Position numbers and translations under genes: made by a program | Notes under the pieces: generated by a model | What the model was told of the DNA's origin: nothing | The model's database searches: none | Seen by the model: the letters and a program-made list of their open reading frames with translations, nothing else | Shown here: positions 43,247 through 52,980 of the stretch, one piece after another | How positions within the stretch are numbered: the first letter of the stretch is position 1 | Layout of the letters: every line of letters begins with the position of its first letter | NCBI GenBank assembly: GCA_963593015.1 | Contig: CAVAYV010000077.1 | Span: 4,351 to 68,350 of the forward strand | Length of the DNA stretch: 64,000 nucleotides | Origin: a bacterium | Lineage (GTDB): Bacteria; Bacillota_I; Bacilli_A; RFN20; CAG-826 | Direction: 5' to 3'

Positions 43247-43822
43247 ATGAGCATGATCTATCGTTTGAAAGGAACGGTTATCGCTTCTTCGGATGAAGCG
43301 ATAGCCATTGACATAAATGGAGTCGCTTACGAGGTTTTGACCTCTCGCCCAGAAAATTACGAAATTGGCATAGAAGCGATTCTTTTCACTTATGAAGTCA
43401 TCACCGAAGATGATCATTATTTGGTTGGTTTTGCGACAAAAATCGAGAAAGACGCCTTTTTATCGCTTATTTCCGTAAAAGGAATTGGGCCAAAAACCGC
43501 CTTGAACGCTTTGAAAGCCACAACGCCAGATGCCTTATTCAAAGCTATTGAAAGCAATAACACCTCGTATCTGAAAAAATTGCCAGGCATTGGCCCAAAG
43601 GCCGCCGCCCAGATTATCTTGGATCTGAAAGGGCGCTTGACGGAAACCGATTCAAAAGGGAATCCAAAGCAATATGAGCAAGTGCGTGAGGCTTTGAAAA
43701 GCTTCAGCGGCTATAAAATCAAGGAAATTGACGAGGTTCTTGCCTCTATCAATGAGCCAGGGGCAAGCAATGAAGAAATTCTCCGCATTGCGTTAAAAAA
43801 ACTCGGAAAGGGCGTTAAATGA
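43247..43822 (+). CDS. ruvA: Holliday junction helicase subunit RuvA
   Basis: MIYRLKG start region and HhH motifs (VKGIGPKTA, LPGIGPKAA). Alternative ATG at 43253. Confidence 0.92.
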   Translation: MSMIYRLKGTVIASSDEAIAIDINGVAYEVLTSRPENYEIGIEAILFTYEVITEDDHYLVGFATKIEKDAFLSLISVKGIGPKTALNALKATTPDALFKAIESNNTSYLKKLPGIGPKAAAQIILDLKGRLTETDSKGNPKQYEQVREALKSFSGYKIKEIDEVLASINEPGASNEEILRIALKKLGKGVK

Positions 43823-44832
43823 GCAAAGAAAGATTAGTTGATGGCCATAAAGAGAAAGACGAAGAGAACTCAGAACTTTCGCTTCGCCCTTTATCTTTGA
43901 AAGAATACGTTGGTCAAGAAGAGCTGAAAAAGAATCTCGAGATTTTTATTGGCGCCGCCAAAAAACGCGGTGAGACCCTCGATCATGTTCTGCTATACGG
44001 TCCCCCAGGATTAGGAAAAACGACGATGGCTTATGTCATCGCTAACGAAATGGGCGGGAAAGTCCATACCGTCAACGGGCCTAGTGTTGAAAAGGCTGGG
44101 GATTTAGCGAGCATATTGATGAATATCGAAGAGGGCGATGTTCTCTTCATCGACGAAATACACCGCTTGCCAAGAGTGGTTGAGGAAATTCTTTATTCGG
44201 TGATAGAGGATTTCACTTTGAGCATCGTTATCAATCGCGGCGAAGGGTCTTCAAGCGCCATCAATCTCGACATTCCTCCTTTCACTTTGGTCGGAGCCAC
44301 CACCAGGGCAGGCGATTTGTCTCAGCCTTTGCGAACCCGCTTTGGGATTTCAGCGAAAATCGATTTTTATAGCAAAGAAGAACTTGCACAAATTGTTGAG
44401 CGCACATCGAAGGTTTTTGGAACTCCAATCTCGAGCCAGGCCGAAAATCTGATTGCCTCGAGAAGTAGGGGGACCCCGCGTATCGCTAATAGGCTTTACA
44501 AGCGGGTAAGGGATTTTGCCACTTATGAAAACAAAAACGAAATCGATGAGGAAATCACAATCAAATCCTTGAATGCCTTGAAAATAGATGATTTAGGCTT
44601 GGATGAAGTTGATATCAAATACCTTACCACGATCATCGATCGTTTCCATGGGGGACCTGTCGGGCTAGAAAGCATCGCTAGCGCGATTGGGGAAGAAATC
44701 ACCAATCTCGAAGACGTCTATGAACCATATTTGGTGATGATTGGCCTTATCAATCGCACTCCGAGAGGGCGAACTGCCACCGAAAAAGCCTATGGCCATT
44801 TGAAAATCGCCCATCAAGGATCTCTCTTTTAG
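43819..44832 (+). CDS. ruvB: Holliday junction helicase RuvB
   Basis: LRPLSLKEYVGQ, GPPGLGKTT, FIDEIHRL, and sensor/arginine finger regions. Confidence 0.96.
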   Translation: MSKERLVDGHKEKDEENSELSLRPLSLKEYVGQEELKKNLEIFIGAAKKRGETLDHVLLYGPPGLGKTTMAYVIANEMGGKVHTVNGPSVEKAGDLASILMNIEEGDVLFIDEIHRLPRVVEEILYSVIEDFTLSIVINRGEGSSSAINLDIPPFTLVGATTRAGDLSQPLRTRFGISAKIDFYSKEELAQIVERTSKVFGTPISSQAENLIASRSRGTPRIANRLYKRVRDFATYENKNEIDEEITIKSLNALKIDDLGLDEVDIKYLTTIIDRFHGGPVGLESIASAIGEEITNLEDVYEPYLVMIGLINRTPRGRTATEKAYGHLKIAHQGSLF

Positions 44833-44955
44833 AAAAACATCTTCTTCTTTAGAAGAAAAGACTTCCTAAAATAGTCTCGTTGTTGTATTGTATTGCATGC
44901 GTACTCACGAGGCTTTTTTTCTATCGTGAGACTAGTTTTAGGAGGAATCTCCAAT

Positions 44956-47712
44956 ATGCGTCGTAAAATCGGATATTGTTTGTTGACCGGAAGCCTTATT
45001 TTGGCTGGTGCCGCGTTGCTAGGGCCAACAGTGGTCGGCTTAGACACTGACTTAACCTATGGTTCTGGACGTGATTTGGTTTTCAAAATTTCGGAAGCCG
45101 ATACCACTTATGATGGCGTGAAAACGGAAAATTATGTGAAAAGCGATGACCCTGATGCCGTCAAACTCGTTTCGGAAGAATTCGAAGCCCGTTTGAAAAC
45201 CTGGGGCGTTGAAGCAGAAGTTGTCAAGGAAGGATATGACACCATTCGCGTCAAGATCCGTTCCCCGCAAGACGATGACACCGAATATCGCTATATCGAA
45301 AATTACTTATCCTTCTCTGGTGGATCATTCACTTTCGGTGCTTCAATCGACAATACTGAGGATTATGAGAAGATCCGTAGCGATAAATGGTCTGACGCTT
45401 TCAAAGATCAAACCGCCCGCATTGAATACGTTTCAACTTCTGGAGGCGATGTTCCAGCGGTCGTAGTCCCTCTTCGCGATTCTGACGATATCCGCGGAAC
45501 CGAAGGAAGTTTCAACACTTTGGTCAAATATTGCACCGACAACACCGTTGAAGCCAATGAATCAAGCAGCATCGAAGCGAAAAACTGCTATCTCGTTTTA
45601 TGGGCCAATAAGCAAGAAGGTGACACTTACGAAAAAGCGAATAGTTCTTCTTCGAATTACGACGCGAACGTGAACAAACGCTTGATTTTTGCCGAACATG
45701 CCGCTCAAGCATGGTTTGAAGAAGACAATGAGGATGACGAATACACCGAATTCCAAATGATTCCTTCTAGCGCCGCCATCACTAGCGAAGGCTATGACTC
45801 TTCGAAAGCTGGGGCCGCTTATAAGGCTGCCTTCTTCTATATGAATATCCTTAATGCTTCTTCCTATAAGGATTTAGGCGTCAATGGGTATGATGTTACC
45901 TTCGCCTTTGAGACAAAAGTCAGCGCAACCGCTGAATCTCTCCTGAATTTCGGTTCTTGGAACGTCCATCCTAATTTCGGAGCGACTTTCATTGCCACGA
46001 TCGTTACCTTAGGATTCTCTGCGGTGATTCTCGTTAGCTTATATCGAATGGGATCGTTAGCGATATTGTCGAATGTGGCCGTCGCGATTTTAGGAAGTTT
46101 GTTGCTCTTCTCATATTTCGGAGCTCAATTCGGGGTTGGGGCCTTGATCGGCTTGGCCTTGGCTGCCTTGATAACGGCTTTTGGCGGAATGTATTATTTT
46201 AGCAAAGTGAAAGAGCAGCTTTATCAAGGACGCTCTTTGAAAAAGAGTCATGAAGAAGCCATTAAGCGCGCTTTGTGGCCGACTATCGATGCCGGAATCA
46301 TTGGCATTATCATCGGATTATGCGTCTATGGCTTTATCCCAAGCGTTGTCGGAAAAATGGGATTGACGCTGATATTAGGCTCTTTCTTTGGCACTTTGTC
46401 GAATCTCTTGTTGCTTAGATTGGAAGGGTATTTGTTAGCCAACGATAGCGATGTCGAAAAGAATGTTGGCAAGCTTTATAACGTCAAAGCTGAGAAGATT
46501 CCTAATCTTGCGAAAGAAGAAAAACCATCCTACTTTGGGGCTTTTGCTTCTAAAGACTTTGGAAAACACTCTAAGCCTATCGCAATTGTCTCTTCTATCT
46601 TATTAGTCGCTTCGATAATCGGCATCAGCGTCTTTACTGCCGTCAATGGCGGAAATGCCTATAACTACGCCAATGCCTATAACGACACAACCATATCCTA
46701 TGTTGAATATCGGGTCAGCGAAGGGAGTTTCTTGCCTCTTTCTGATGAAGCGGATTTAGAAGACAAGGTCTTAGCCAATATTTATACGGTGACAACCGAG
46801 AACAACGAAAGCAAGGAAACAAAAATCGCTTATAGCGATGTGAACCTTGAAAGCAGCAGCGTTTATTACACCCAAGAAGAAAAGAAATTGAACGTCCATT
46901 ATTTTTCGGTCGAGTGGAGCGATCATTATAATGTCGAAGAGAATTATGATTTCATCCTTAAATTCAATGGTGTTGAAACCAAAATCAACACGACTTTAAA
47001 TACGGCTTTGTCCGAAGCGGTACATAATTTCATCGCTGAGGATTCCGTTCATATCACCACCGATAACGTCGTGGTGCAGGCTGGTCAGCCGACAACTGCC
47101 ACCTTATGGTTAGGCTTAGGAGTTGGTTTATTGATAAGCATGGCTTATATGGCTATTCGCTACAAACTTTCCAGAGGTATAGCCACAGGCTTATTGGCCA
47201 CTGGCGTGAGCCTTATTACCTTAGGGTTCTTCTCTTTGACGAGAATCGTTGCCACTCCATTGATTGCGATGTCCGCTATTGCTGGGGGCTTGATTGTCTT
47301 CTTACTTGCTATCTTCATCTTGGCTAAGGAGAAGGAATTAGCCAAAGACTCCCGCGAAAAAGACAAAGACTCCTTAAGCTTTAAGGCCCTATGCCTCACC
47401 AACGCCAATTCTCAAGCCGCCGAAAGCGTGATTGGATTCTCCTTCTTAAGCGCTTTTGCCTTCATTTGGTATATGGGCTTTATGCCTTCGACTTGGATGA
47501 TGGTTTTCTTAGGGATAATCATCGCTGTTATCATCGCCGCGGTTATTGTTCTCACCTTATTGACCCCAAGCTCCATTTATTTGGCAAAGGGCCTATCCAG
47601 AGTCAATATCTCCTTAAAACCAAAGAAGAAAGAAACGTTTACCCCAACTGGAAGTGGGCATCGTAAGAAAGGCGAGCCAGAAGAAGCTATCTTCATCGGC
47701 ATCAACGATTAA
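44956..47712 (+). CDS. secDF: divergent fused protein-export membrane protein SecDF
   Basis: Two six-TM RND-like blocks (SecD-like 45990-46440 region, SecF-like 47100-47580 region) separated by extracytoplasmic domains. ATG 44956 lies behind AGGAGG. Confidence 0.75.
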   Translation: MRRKIGYCLLTGSLILAGAALLGPTVVGLDTDLTYGSGRDLVFKISEADTTYDGVKTENYVKSDDPDAVKLVSEEFEARLKTWGVEAEVVKEGYDTIRVKIRSPQDDDTEYRYIENYLSFSGGSFTFGASIDNTEDYEKIRSDKWSDAFKDQTARIEYVSTSGGDVPAVVVPLRDSDDIRGTEGSFNTLVKYCTDNTVEANESSSIEAKNCYLVLWANKQEGDTYEKANSSSSNYDANVNKRLIFAEHAAQAWFEEDNEDDEYTEFQMIPSSAAITSEGYDSSKAGAAYKAAFFYMNILNASSYKDLGVNGYDVTFAFETKVSATAESLLNFGSWNVHPNFGATFIATIVTLGFSAVILVSLYRMGSLAILSNVAVAILGSLLLFSYFGAQFGVGALIGLALAALITAFGGMYYFSKVKEQLYQGRSLKKSHEEAIKRALWPTIDAGIIGIIIGLCVYGFIPSVVGKMGLTLILGSFFGTLSNLLLLRLEGYLLANDSDVEKNVGKLYNVKAEKIPNLAKEEKPSYFGAFASKDFGKHSKPIAIVSSILLVASIIGISVFTAVNGGNAYNYANAYNDTTISYVEYRVSEGSFLPLSDEADLEDKVLANIYTVTTENNESKETKIAYSDVNLESSSVYYTQEEKKLNVHYFSVEWSDHYNVEENYDFILKFNGVETKINTTLNTALSEAVHNFIAEDSVHITTDNVVVQAGQPTTATLWLGLGVGLLISMAYMAIRYKLSRGIATGLLATGVSLITLGFFSLTRIVATPLIAMSAIAGGLIVFLLAIFILAKEKELAKDSREKDKDSLSFKALCLTNANSQAAESVIGFSFLSAFAFIWYMGFMPSTWMMVFLGIIIAVIIAAVIVLTLLTPSSIYLAKGLSRVNISLKPKKKETFTPTGSGHRKKGEPEEAIFIGIND

Positions 47713-49268
47713 TGTCTTCTTTTCTTGCAAAAATAAAAAATTATTACGATTTAGACGAGGAAGCTCTTAAAGCTAGACTTAAAGAGCCCTCGTTTTCGCT
47801 AATTCCGGACATAAGCGATTGCCCTTGCGTAAAAAAAGCCATCGCGAGATTGAAAGACGCCAAAGAAAAAGGCCAAAAAGTCATTATCTATGGCGATTAT
47901 GATTTTGATGGTATCAGTGCCACTAGCATTATCCTTTTAGCCCTTAAAGAATTTGGCATCGAGGCTAAATATTATATCCCTAGCCGCTATAACGATGGCT
48001 ATGGCTTAAATGAAGAAAACGTGAAAAGAATCAAAGAGGCCCACTATGATTTGATTTTCACGGTTGATAATGGCGTTGGTGCTTTAAAGGCTTTAGCGAA
48101 AGCCAAAGAGGCAGGCATTGATGTGATTGTCCTTGATCACCATTCTTACGTTGAAGAGCCTAAATCCATCGTTACTCTCATTCATCCAAAAACCGTTGGT
48201 CTTGATTCTCTAACGATATCCGCCGGATTCTTATCGTATCTATTTAGCGTCTCCCTTTCAGGCGAAAAAGACCCTTACTATTTTTTGCTAGGATCGACCT
48301 CCCTTTTAAGTGATTCAATGCCTTTGCTAGGCTATAATCATTACGCCACTAATTTAGCGATTTCGATTCTTAACGATAAAAGAAACAAAGAATATTTGCT
48401 TTTGAATTATAAAGAAAAATATTTTGCTTCTGATTTGCAAATGGCCATAATTCCGATGATTAACGCCATTGGAAGGATGGAAGAAAATAGCGAAGTCAAC
48501 CGCACGGTGAGATTTTTCGTTTCCAACGATTTAAATGAAAAAGAAAAATTGGCCCATTATTTTTCCAAGGTGAACGAGGAAAGAAAAACTCTTACCGCCG
48601 AAGCAGAGAAAAATTTGGCTCCTGACTCAAACAAAAAATCTATTTTCGTTGTCACTGATCTGAAAGAAGGCCTCAATGGCTTACTTGCCAATAAAATCTT
48701 AGGGAAATACGATAAACCAGTCGCCGTTTTTTCGAAGTCCAAAAAAGATGAGAATATTTATGTTGGGAGCTTGCGAAGCAAAAAGGGGTTTGATGTCTTA
48801 GAGTTTTTGAATTCCTTGAGTTTTGAGCCTTCTAGCAAAGGCGGGCATTCTTATGCCGCAGGAGTGAGTCTGAAAAAAGAATATTTAAAGGCTTTTTCTA
48901 TTGAATTTGAGATTTTTGCCGCCAATCATCCTTTGATTGAAGAAAAGAAAGAGCCGATAGTTCTCTTTAAAGATGAATGCCTTTACGAAAATTTCGAACT
49001 TTTAGAAAAGCTTGGACCATTCGGGAATTCCTTCGAAGAGCCCTATTTCTCTTTCAAGATTCCTTATAATGAGCTTTCTTATATCAAAGATGGAAGATAT
49101 CTAAGCGTCAAAATAAACCAATTTTGCCGCCTTTTCTCCTTTAAAATCGGGAAAATCGACATTTCAGAATGCGAAAGCGTGACCTTCAAAGTCAAAGTCA
49201 ATCCCAATTTCTACCAAGGAAGGCTCTCTTTTGATTTGCTTGCCGAAGAAATTTTGAAGGTAAATTAA
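47712..49268 (+). CDS. recJ: single-stranded-DNA-specific exonuclease RecJ (short form)
   Basis: DHH motifs (IYGDYDFDGISA, TVDNG, VLDHH) and DHHA1-like GGHSYAAG. Confidence 0.88.
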   Translation: MSSFLAKIKNYYDLDEEALKARLKEPSFSLIPDISDCPCVKKAIARLKDAKEKGQKVIIYGDYDFDGISATSIILLALKEFGIEAKYYIPSRYNDGYGLNEENVKRIKEAHYDLIFTVDNGVGALKALAKAKEAGIDVIVLDHHSYVEEPKSIVTLIHPKTVGLDSLTISAGFLSYLFSVSLSGEKDPYYFLLGSTSLLSDSMPLLGYNHYATNLAISILNDKRNKEYLLLNYKEKYFASDLQMAIIPMINAIGRMEENSEVNRTVRFFVSNDLNEKEKLAHYFSKVNEERKTLTAEAEKNLAPDSNKKSIFVVTDLKEGLNGLLANKILGKYDKPVAVFSKSKKDENIYVGSLRSKKGFDVLEFLNSLSFEPSSKGGHSYAAGVSLKKEYLKAFSIEFEIFAANHPLIEEKKEPIVLFKDECLYENFELLEKLGPFGNSFEEPYFSFKIPYNELSYIKDGRYLSVKINQFCRLFSFKIGKIDISECESVTFKVKVNPNFYQGRLSFDLLAEEILKVN

Positions 49269-49311
49269 GATAATGAGATAAAGACACGCTTTAGCGTGTA
49301 TAATAATCGCT

Positions 49312-51531
49312 ATGAGCGAAGATGAGAAAAAAGTATTAGTGCCAAATGGCGGATATCCGATGCATACCTTCCAAGATGTGAAGGATGTCTTTTATCCATA
49401 CATCACAAATCCCAAAGACCGTCAGATGGTCGAAGAGGCTTACAATTTGGCTTCTATCAAACATGCAGGAGTAATAAGAAAATCCGGTGAGCCTTACATT
49501 CAGCATCCGATCGAAGTGGCTTATATTTTAGCGACATTGCAAGGCGGACCTGCCACCTTAGCGGCTGGCTTTTTGCATGATGTCGTCGAAGATACCGATA
49601 CCACAGTCGATGATATCAAGGAGAAATTCGGTGAAGACGTCGCCTTTTTGGTCGATTCTTTGACTAAAATCCAACGCATGAAATTATCTCACAGGAGCGA
49701 AATTGACTTCGAAGCGGAAGACCATCGAAAAATCTTTTTAGGAATGGCTAAAGACGTTCGCGTCATTTTGGTAAAACTTGCCGACCGTTTGCACAATATG
49801 AGGACGCTTGACTCTTTGTCTAATGAAAGACAAAAAGCCTTGGCTCAGGAAACGCTTGACGTTTTCACTCCTATCGCACATCGACTCGGAATCTATGCGA
49901 TTCAAAGTGAGCTCGAAGATCTTTCGCTAAAATACCTTGAACCAGAAAAATACGAGACTATCCTGCATCTTTTGAATGAGAAAGAGAAAAATCGCAAAGA
50001 ATCTCTCGATAATCTGAAAAAGAAAGTGGCCGATACCCTTTTTGAGAAAAAAATCCCTTTCCGCATTGAATCGAGAGTGAAAAGCATTTTCTCAATTTAT
50101 CGGAAAATGTACCTGAAACATCATGAATTCGATGAGATTTATGATGTTTTGGCGGTAAGAATCATCACGCAATCTGAGCTCAATTGCTATGAGATTCTTG
50201 GGATCATCCATAGTACTTACAAGCCAGTGCCCGGGAGATTCAAAGACTATATCGCTATGCCAAAGCCGAATATGTATCAATCTTTGCATACCACTATCGT
50301 GGCGGGGGATGGCAATATCTACGAAGTGCAGATCCGCACGGAAGAGATGGACGAGATCGCTGAAACCGGCGTTGCCGCCCATTGGCGTTACAAAGAAGGA
50401 AATCATTATAATGCCAAGCAAGAGCAGCAAGATATTGAAGAGAAACTGCATTGGTTTCGCGACTTTGTCACTTTGGGTGAAGAAAACGGAGATGACGCCA
50501 AAGGGTATTTGGCTGCGCTAAGCAATGACATCTTCAATGCCAATGTCTATGTTTTCACCCCTTTAGGGAAAGTCATCGATTTGCCTCAAGGTGGCACAAT
50601 TCTAGACTTCGCTTATAAAATCCATACAAAAGTCGGCGATAGCGCCGTCGGAGCAATGGTCAACGGATCGTTTGTTCCTTTGAATACCGAGCTTAAGACA
50701 GGGGACGTTTGCGAAATCAAAACAAGCAAAAACGCCCCTGGCCCCAATGAAGGATGGCTGGATTTGGTAAAAACAACCAGCGCCAAAAATCACATTCGCA
50801 AATTTTTAAACGCCAAAAATCAGCAATTCCTCCAAGAAGAGAACGTTCGCAAAGGGAAAGAAAGCGCCATCGATTCCTTCAAAATGCAAGATATTGGCGA
50901 AGGGGAGATGGAAAAATATCTTTCTGATCCAAAGGTCTTGAATGAGTTTCATTGCAAGGACCTAGATGAATTATACGTTGCGATAGCAAGCAAAAACCCA
51001 GTTCCTGGCGCCATTATTGATTTCTTAAAATTAAGAAAGAAACCTAAAAAGCAGAAGGTCAATAAAAACGCGGGGAAAGGAAACGTCAATAGCCCTGTTT
51101 ATATACCGGGAATCGATAACCTTGCCGTCGTCTTAGGAAAATGCTGTACCCCTGTGCCAGGAGATGATATCGTCGGATATGTTTCCAAAGGCAAAGGCAT
51201 AATCGTCCATAGAGCCGATTGCCCGAATATCGCCACTGAGCAAAAACGCTTGATCCCTGTTTATTGGAAGGATGATGATGGCGGAAATGTCTACCCGGTC
51301 AATATCGAAATATACGGGAACGACCGTCCTGGTCTCATCAATGACATTTTGAATGCCTTAGCAACCAAAGGCATATCCGTCAGCGACATCAAAGGGCATC
51401 TTATCGTTCAGACGATGAATGACGTTGTCACAGTCACAATCTATGTTAAAAACGCCAGCCAAGTAAGAGAGGCATTCGCGGCGTTAAAAGGAGTTAAAAG
51501 CGTTTACTCTTGCGAACGCTTGACCCATTAA
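49312..51531 (+). CDS. relA: bifunctional (p)ppGpp synthetase/hydrolase (RSH)
   Basis: HD hydrolase (HPIEVA...HDVVEDT), synthetase (YKPVPGRFKDYIAMPKPNMYQSLHT, EVQIRT), TGS and ACT domains. Confidence 0.95.
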   Translation: MSEDEKKVLVPNGGYPMHTFQDVKDVFYPYITNPKDRQMVEEAYNLASIKHAGVIRKSGEPYIQHPIEVAYILATLQGGPATLAAGFLHDVVEDTDTTVDDIKEKFGEDVAFLVDSLTKIQRMKLSHRSEIDFEAEDHRKIFLGMAKDVRVILVKLADRLHNMRTLDSLSNERQKALAQETLDVFTPIAHRLGIYAIQSELEDLSLKYLEPEKYETILHLLNEKEKNRKESLDNLKKKVADTLFEKKIPFRIESRVKSIFSIYRKMYLKHHEFDEIYDVLAVRIITQSELNCYEILGIIHSTYKPVPGRFKDYIAMPKPNMYQSLHTTIVAGDGNIYEVQIRTEEMDEIAETGVAAHWRYKEGNHYNAKQEQQDIEEKLHWFRDFVTLGEENGDDAKGYLAALSNDIFNANVYVFTPLGKVIDLPQGGTILDFAYKIHTKVGDSAVGAMVNGSFVPLNTELKTGDVCEIKTSKNAPGPNEGWLDLVKTTSAKNHIRKFLNAKNQQFLQEENVRKGKESAIDSFKMQDIGEGEMEKYLSDPKVLNEFHCKDLDELYVAIASKNPVPGAIIDFLKLRKKPKKQKVNKNAGKGNVNSPVYIPGIDNLAVVLGKCCTPVPGDDIVGYVSKGKGIIVHRADCPNIATEQKRLIPVYWKDDDGGNVYPVNIEIYGNDRPGLINDILNALATKGISVSDIKGHLIVQTMNDVVTVTIYVKNASQVREAFAALKGVKSVYSCERLTH

Positions 51532-51541
51532 GGAGAGATTT

Positions 51542-52966
51542 ATGGAATATCAGCCAATCAAAGGAACCCACGATATATTTGGCAAAGAAATGGAAGAATA
51601 TCGTTATGTCACTGACGTTTTCAAAGCTGTCAGCGAACAATATGGATATCATGAGATTGCCACACCGACATTAGAATACACCGACGTTTTCTCTAGAGGA
51701 GCTGGTTCTAGCTCCGATATTGTCAGGAAAGAGATGTATACTTTTTTGGATAAGGGCAATCGCAGCGTCACGATGAGACCGGAATTCACCGCTGGGGTTA
51801 TGCGCTCAATCGTCAGCAATAAGCTTTATGTCTCAATGGATTATCCAATCAAACTTTCTTATTGTGGGCCAGCTTTCCGCTATGAAAGGCCACAGCTAGG
51901 GAGATATCGGCAATTCAATCAATTCGGCGTGGAATCGGTGGGCATTGATTCGCCTTTGATGGATGCGGAGACGGTTTTACTTGCCTATCACTGTTTTTCA
52001 ATGCTAGGTTTCAAAGATATTTCGTTAAAGGTCAATACCTTAGGCGACGATAACACTCGCAAAGCCTATCGCGAAGCTCTTAAAGGGTATTTCGCCAGCC
52101 GTATTGACGATATGTGCGAAGATTGCCATGCTCGCTTGGAATTAAATCCGATGCGAATTCTCGATTGCAAGGTTCCTTCCGATCAGGAAATTGCCAAAGG
52201 TGCTCCGAAACTCATGGATTTCTTAAGTTCGGAAAGCCGCGATAGATTCAATAAAACCTTAGCGATTCTATCAAGCTACGAAATCGACTATGAAATCGAT
52301 GAGAATCTTGTGAGAGGACTTGATTACTATAGCGAAATCGTCTTTGAAGTCCATGCCAAAAGCAAAGACGGGAAAGACTATGGCGCTTTATGCGGTGGGG
52401 GACACTATGGCGGCCTTGTCAAAGAATTTGGCGGCCCAGATTTAGCAGGCGTTGGCTTTGCCGTCGGCGTTGAAAGAATAATGTCGATCATGGAAGAGCA
52501 AGGATTATTTGACCATCTTGATGATGGCTTGGATATTTACTTGATGCCTATCGGCGAAGATATGATTCCTACTTGCTTTGAATTCGCTAGCTCCATCAGA
52601 GTTCTTGGCTACTCCGTTGAAATGCCTTATTCCAACGCGAAAATGGGATCTTTGTTCAAAAAGGCTGAAAAGCGCAACGCGAAAGTCGCAATCATTTTGG
52701 GGCAAGATGAGCTCGATAAAGGGGTTGTCCAAGTCAAAAATCTCAAAACCAAAGAGCAAATCGAAGCAAATATCGAGTCCCTTGAAGTCACCTTGGACCA
52801 TATTTTCGAAAGCTTTGAAGAAGACGAAGAATGCACTTGCGGATGCCACCATCATGAAGATGGGCATCATTGTTGCCATGATCATGATGAAGGAGAAGAG
52901 CGTCATTGCTGCCATGATGATGAAGGAGAAGAGCATCATTGCCATTGCCATGATTCAGAAAAATAA
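51542..52966 (+). CDS. hisS: histidine--tRNA ligase with His/Cys-rich C-terminal extension
   Basis: Class II motifs (FRYERPQLGRYRQF, GGGHYGGL, GFAVGVERI) and an anticodon-binding domain. An extra ~47-aa tail follows: DEECTCGCHHHEDGHHCCHDHDEGEERHCCHDDEGEEHHCHCHDSEK. Confidence 0.93.
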   Translation: MEYQPIKGTHDIFGKEMEEYRYVTDVFKAVSEQYGYHEIATPTLEYTDVFSRGAGSSSDIVRKEMYTFLDKGNRSVTMRPEFTAGVMRSIVSNKLYVSMDYPIKLSYCGPAFRYERPQLGRYRQFNQFGVESVGIDSPLMDAETVLLAYHCFSMLGFKDISLKVNTLGDDNTRKAYREALKGYFASRIDDMCEDCHARLELNPMRILDCKVPSDQEIAKGAPKLMDFLSSESRDRFNKTLAILSSYEIDYEIDENLVRGLDYYSEIVFEVHAKSKDGKDYGALCGGGHYGGLVKEFGGPDLAGVGFAVGVERIMSIMEEQGLFDHLDDGLDIYLMPIGEDMIPTCFEFASSIRVLGYSVEMPYSNAKMGSLFKKAEKRNAKVAIILGQDELDKGVVQVKNLKTKEQIEANIESLEVTLDHIFESFEEDEECTCGCHHHEDGHHCCHDHDEGEERHCCHDDEGEEHHCHCHDSEK

Positions 52967-52980
52967 GAAGAGGTATATCT

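Noticed and set aside
44893-44955. ORF-track TTG start of secDF at 44893, and the minus-strand ORF 44829..45047.
   Set aside because: The upstream extension crosses a hairpin-rich leader. ATG 44956 follows AGGAGG and begins with a basic plus hydrophobic signal-anchor. The minus-strand ORF has no support.
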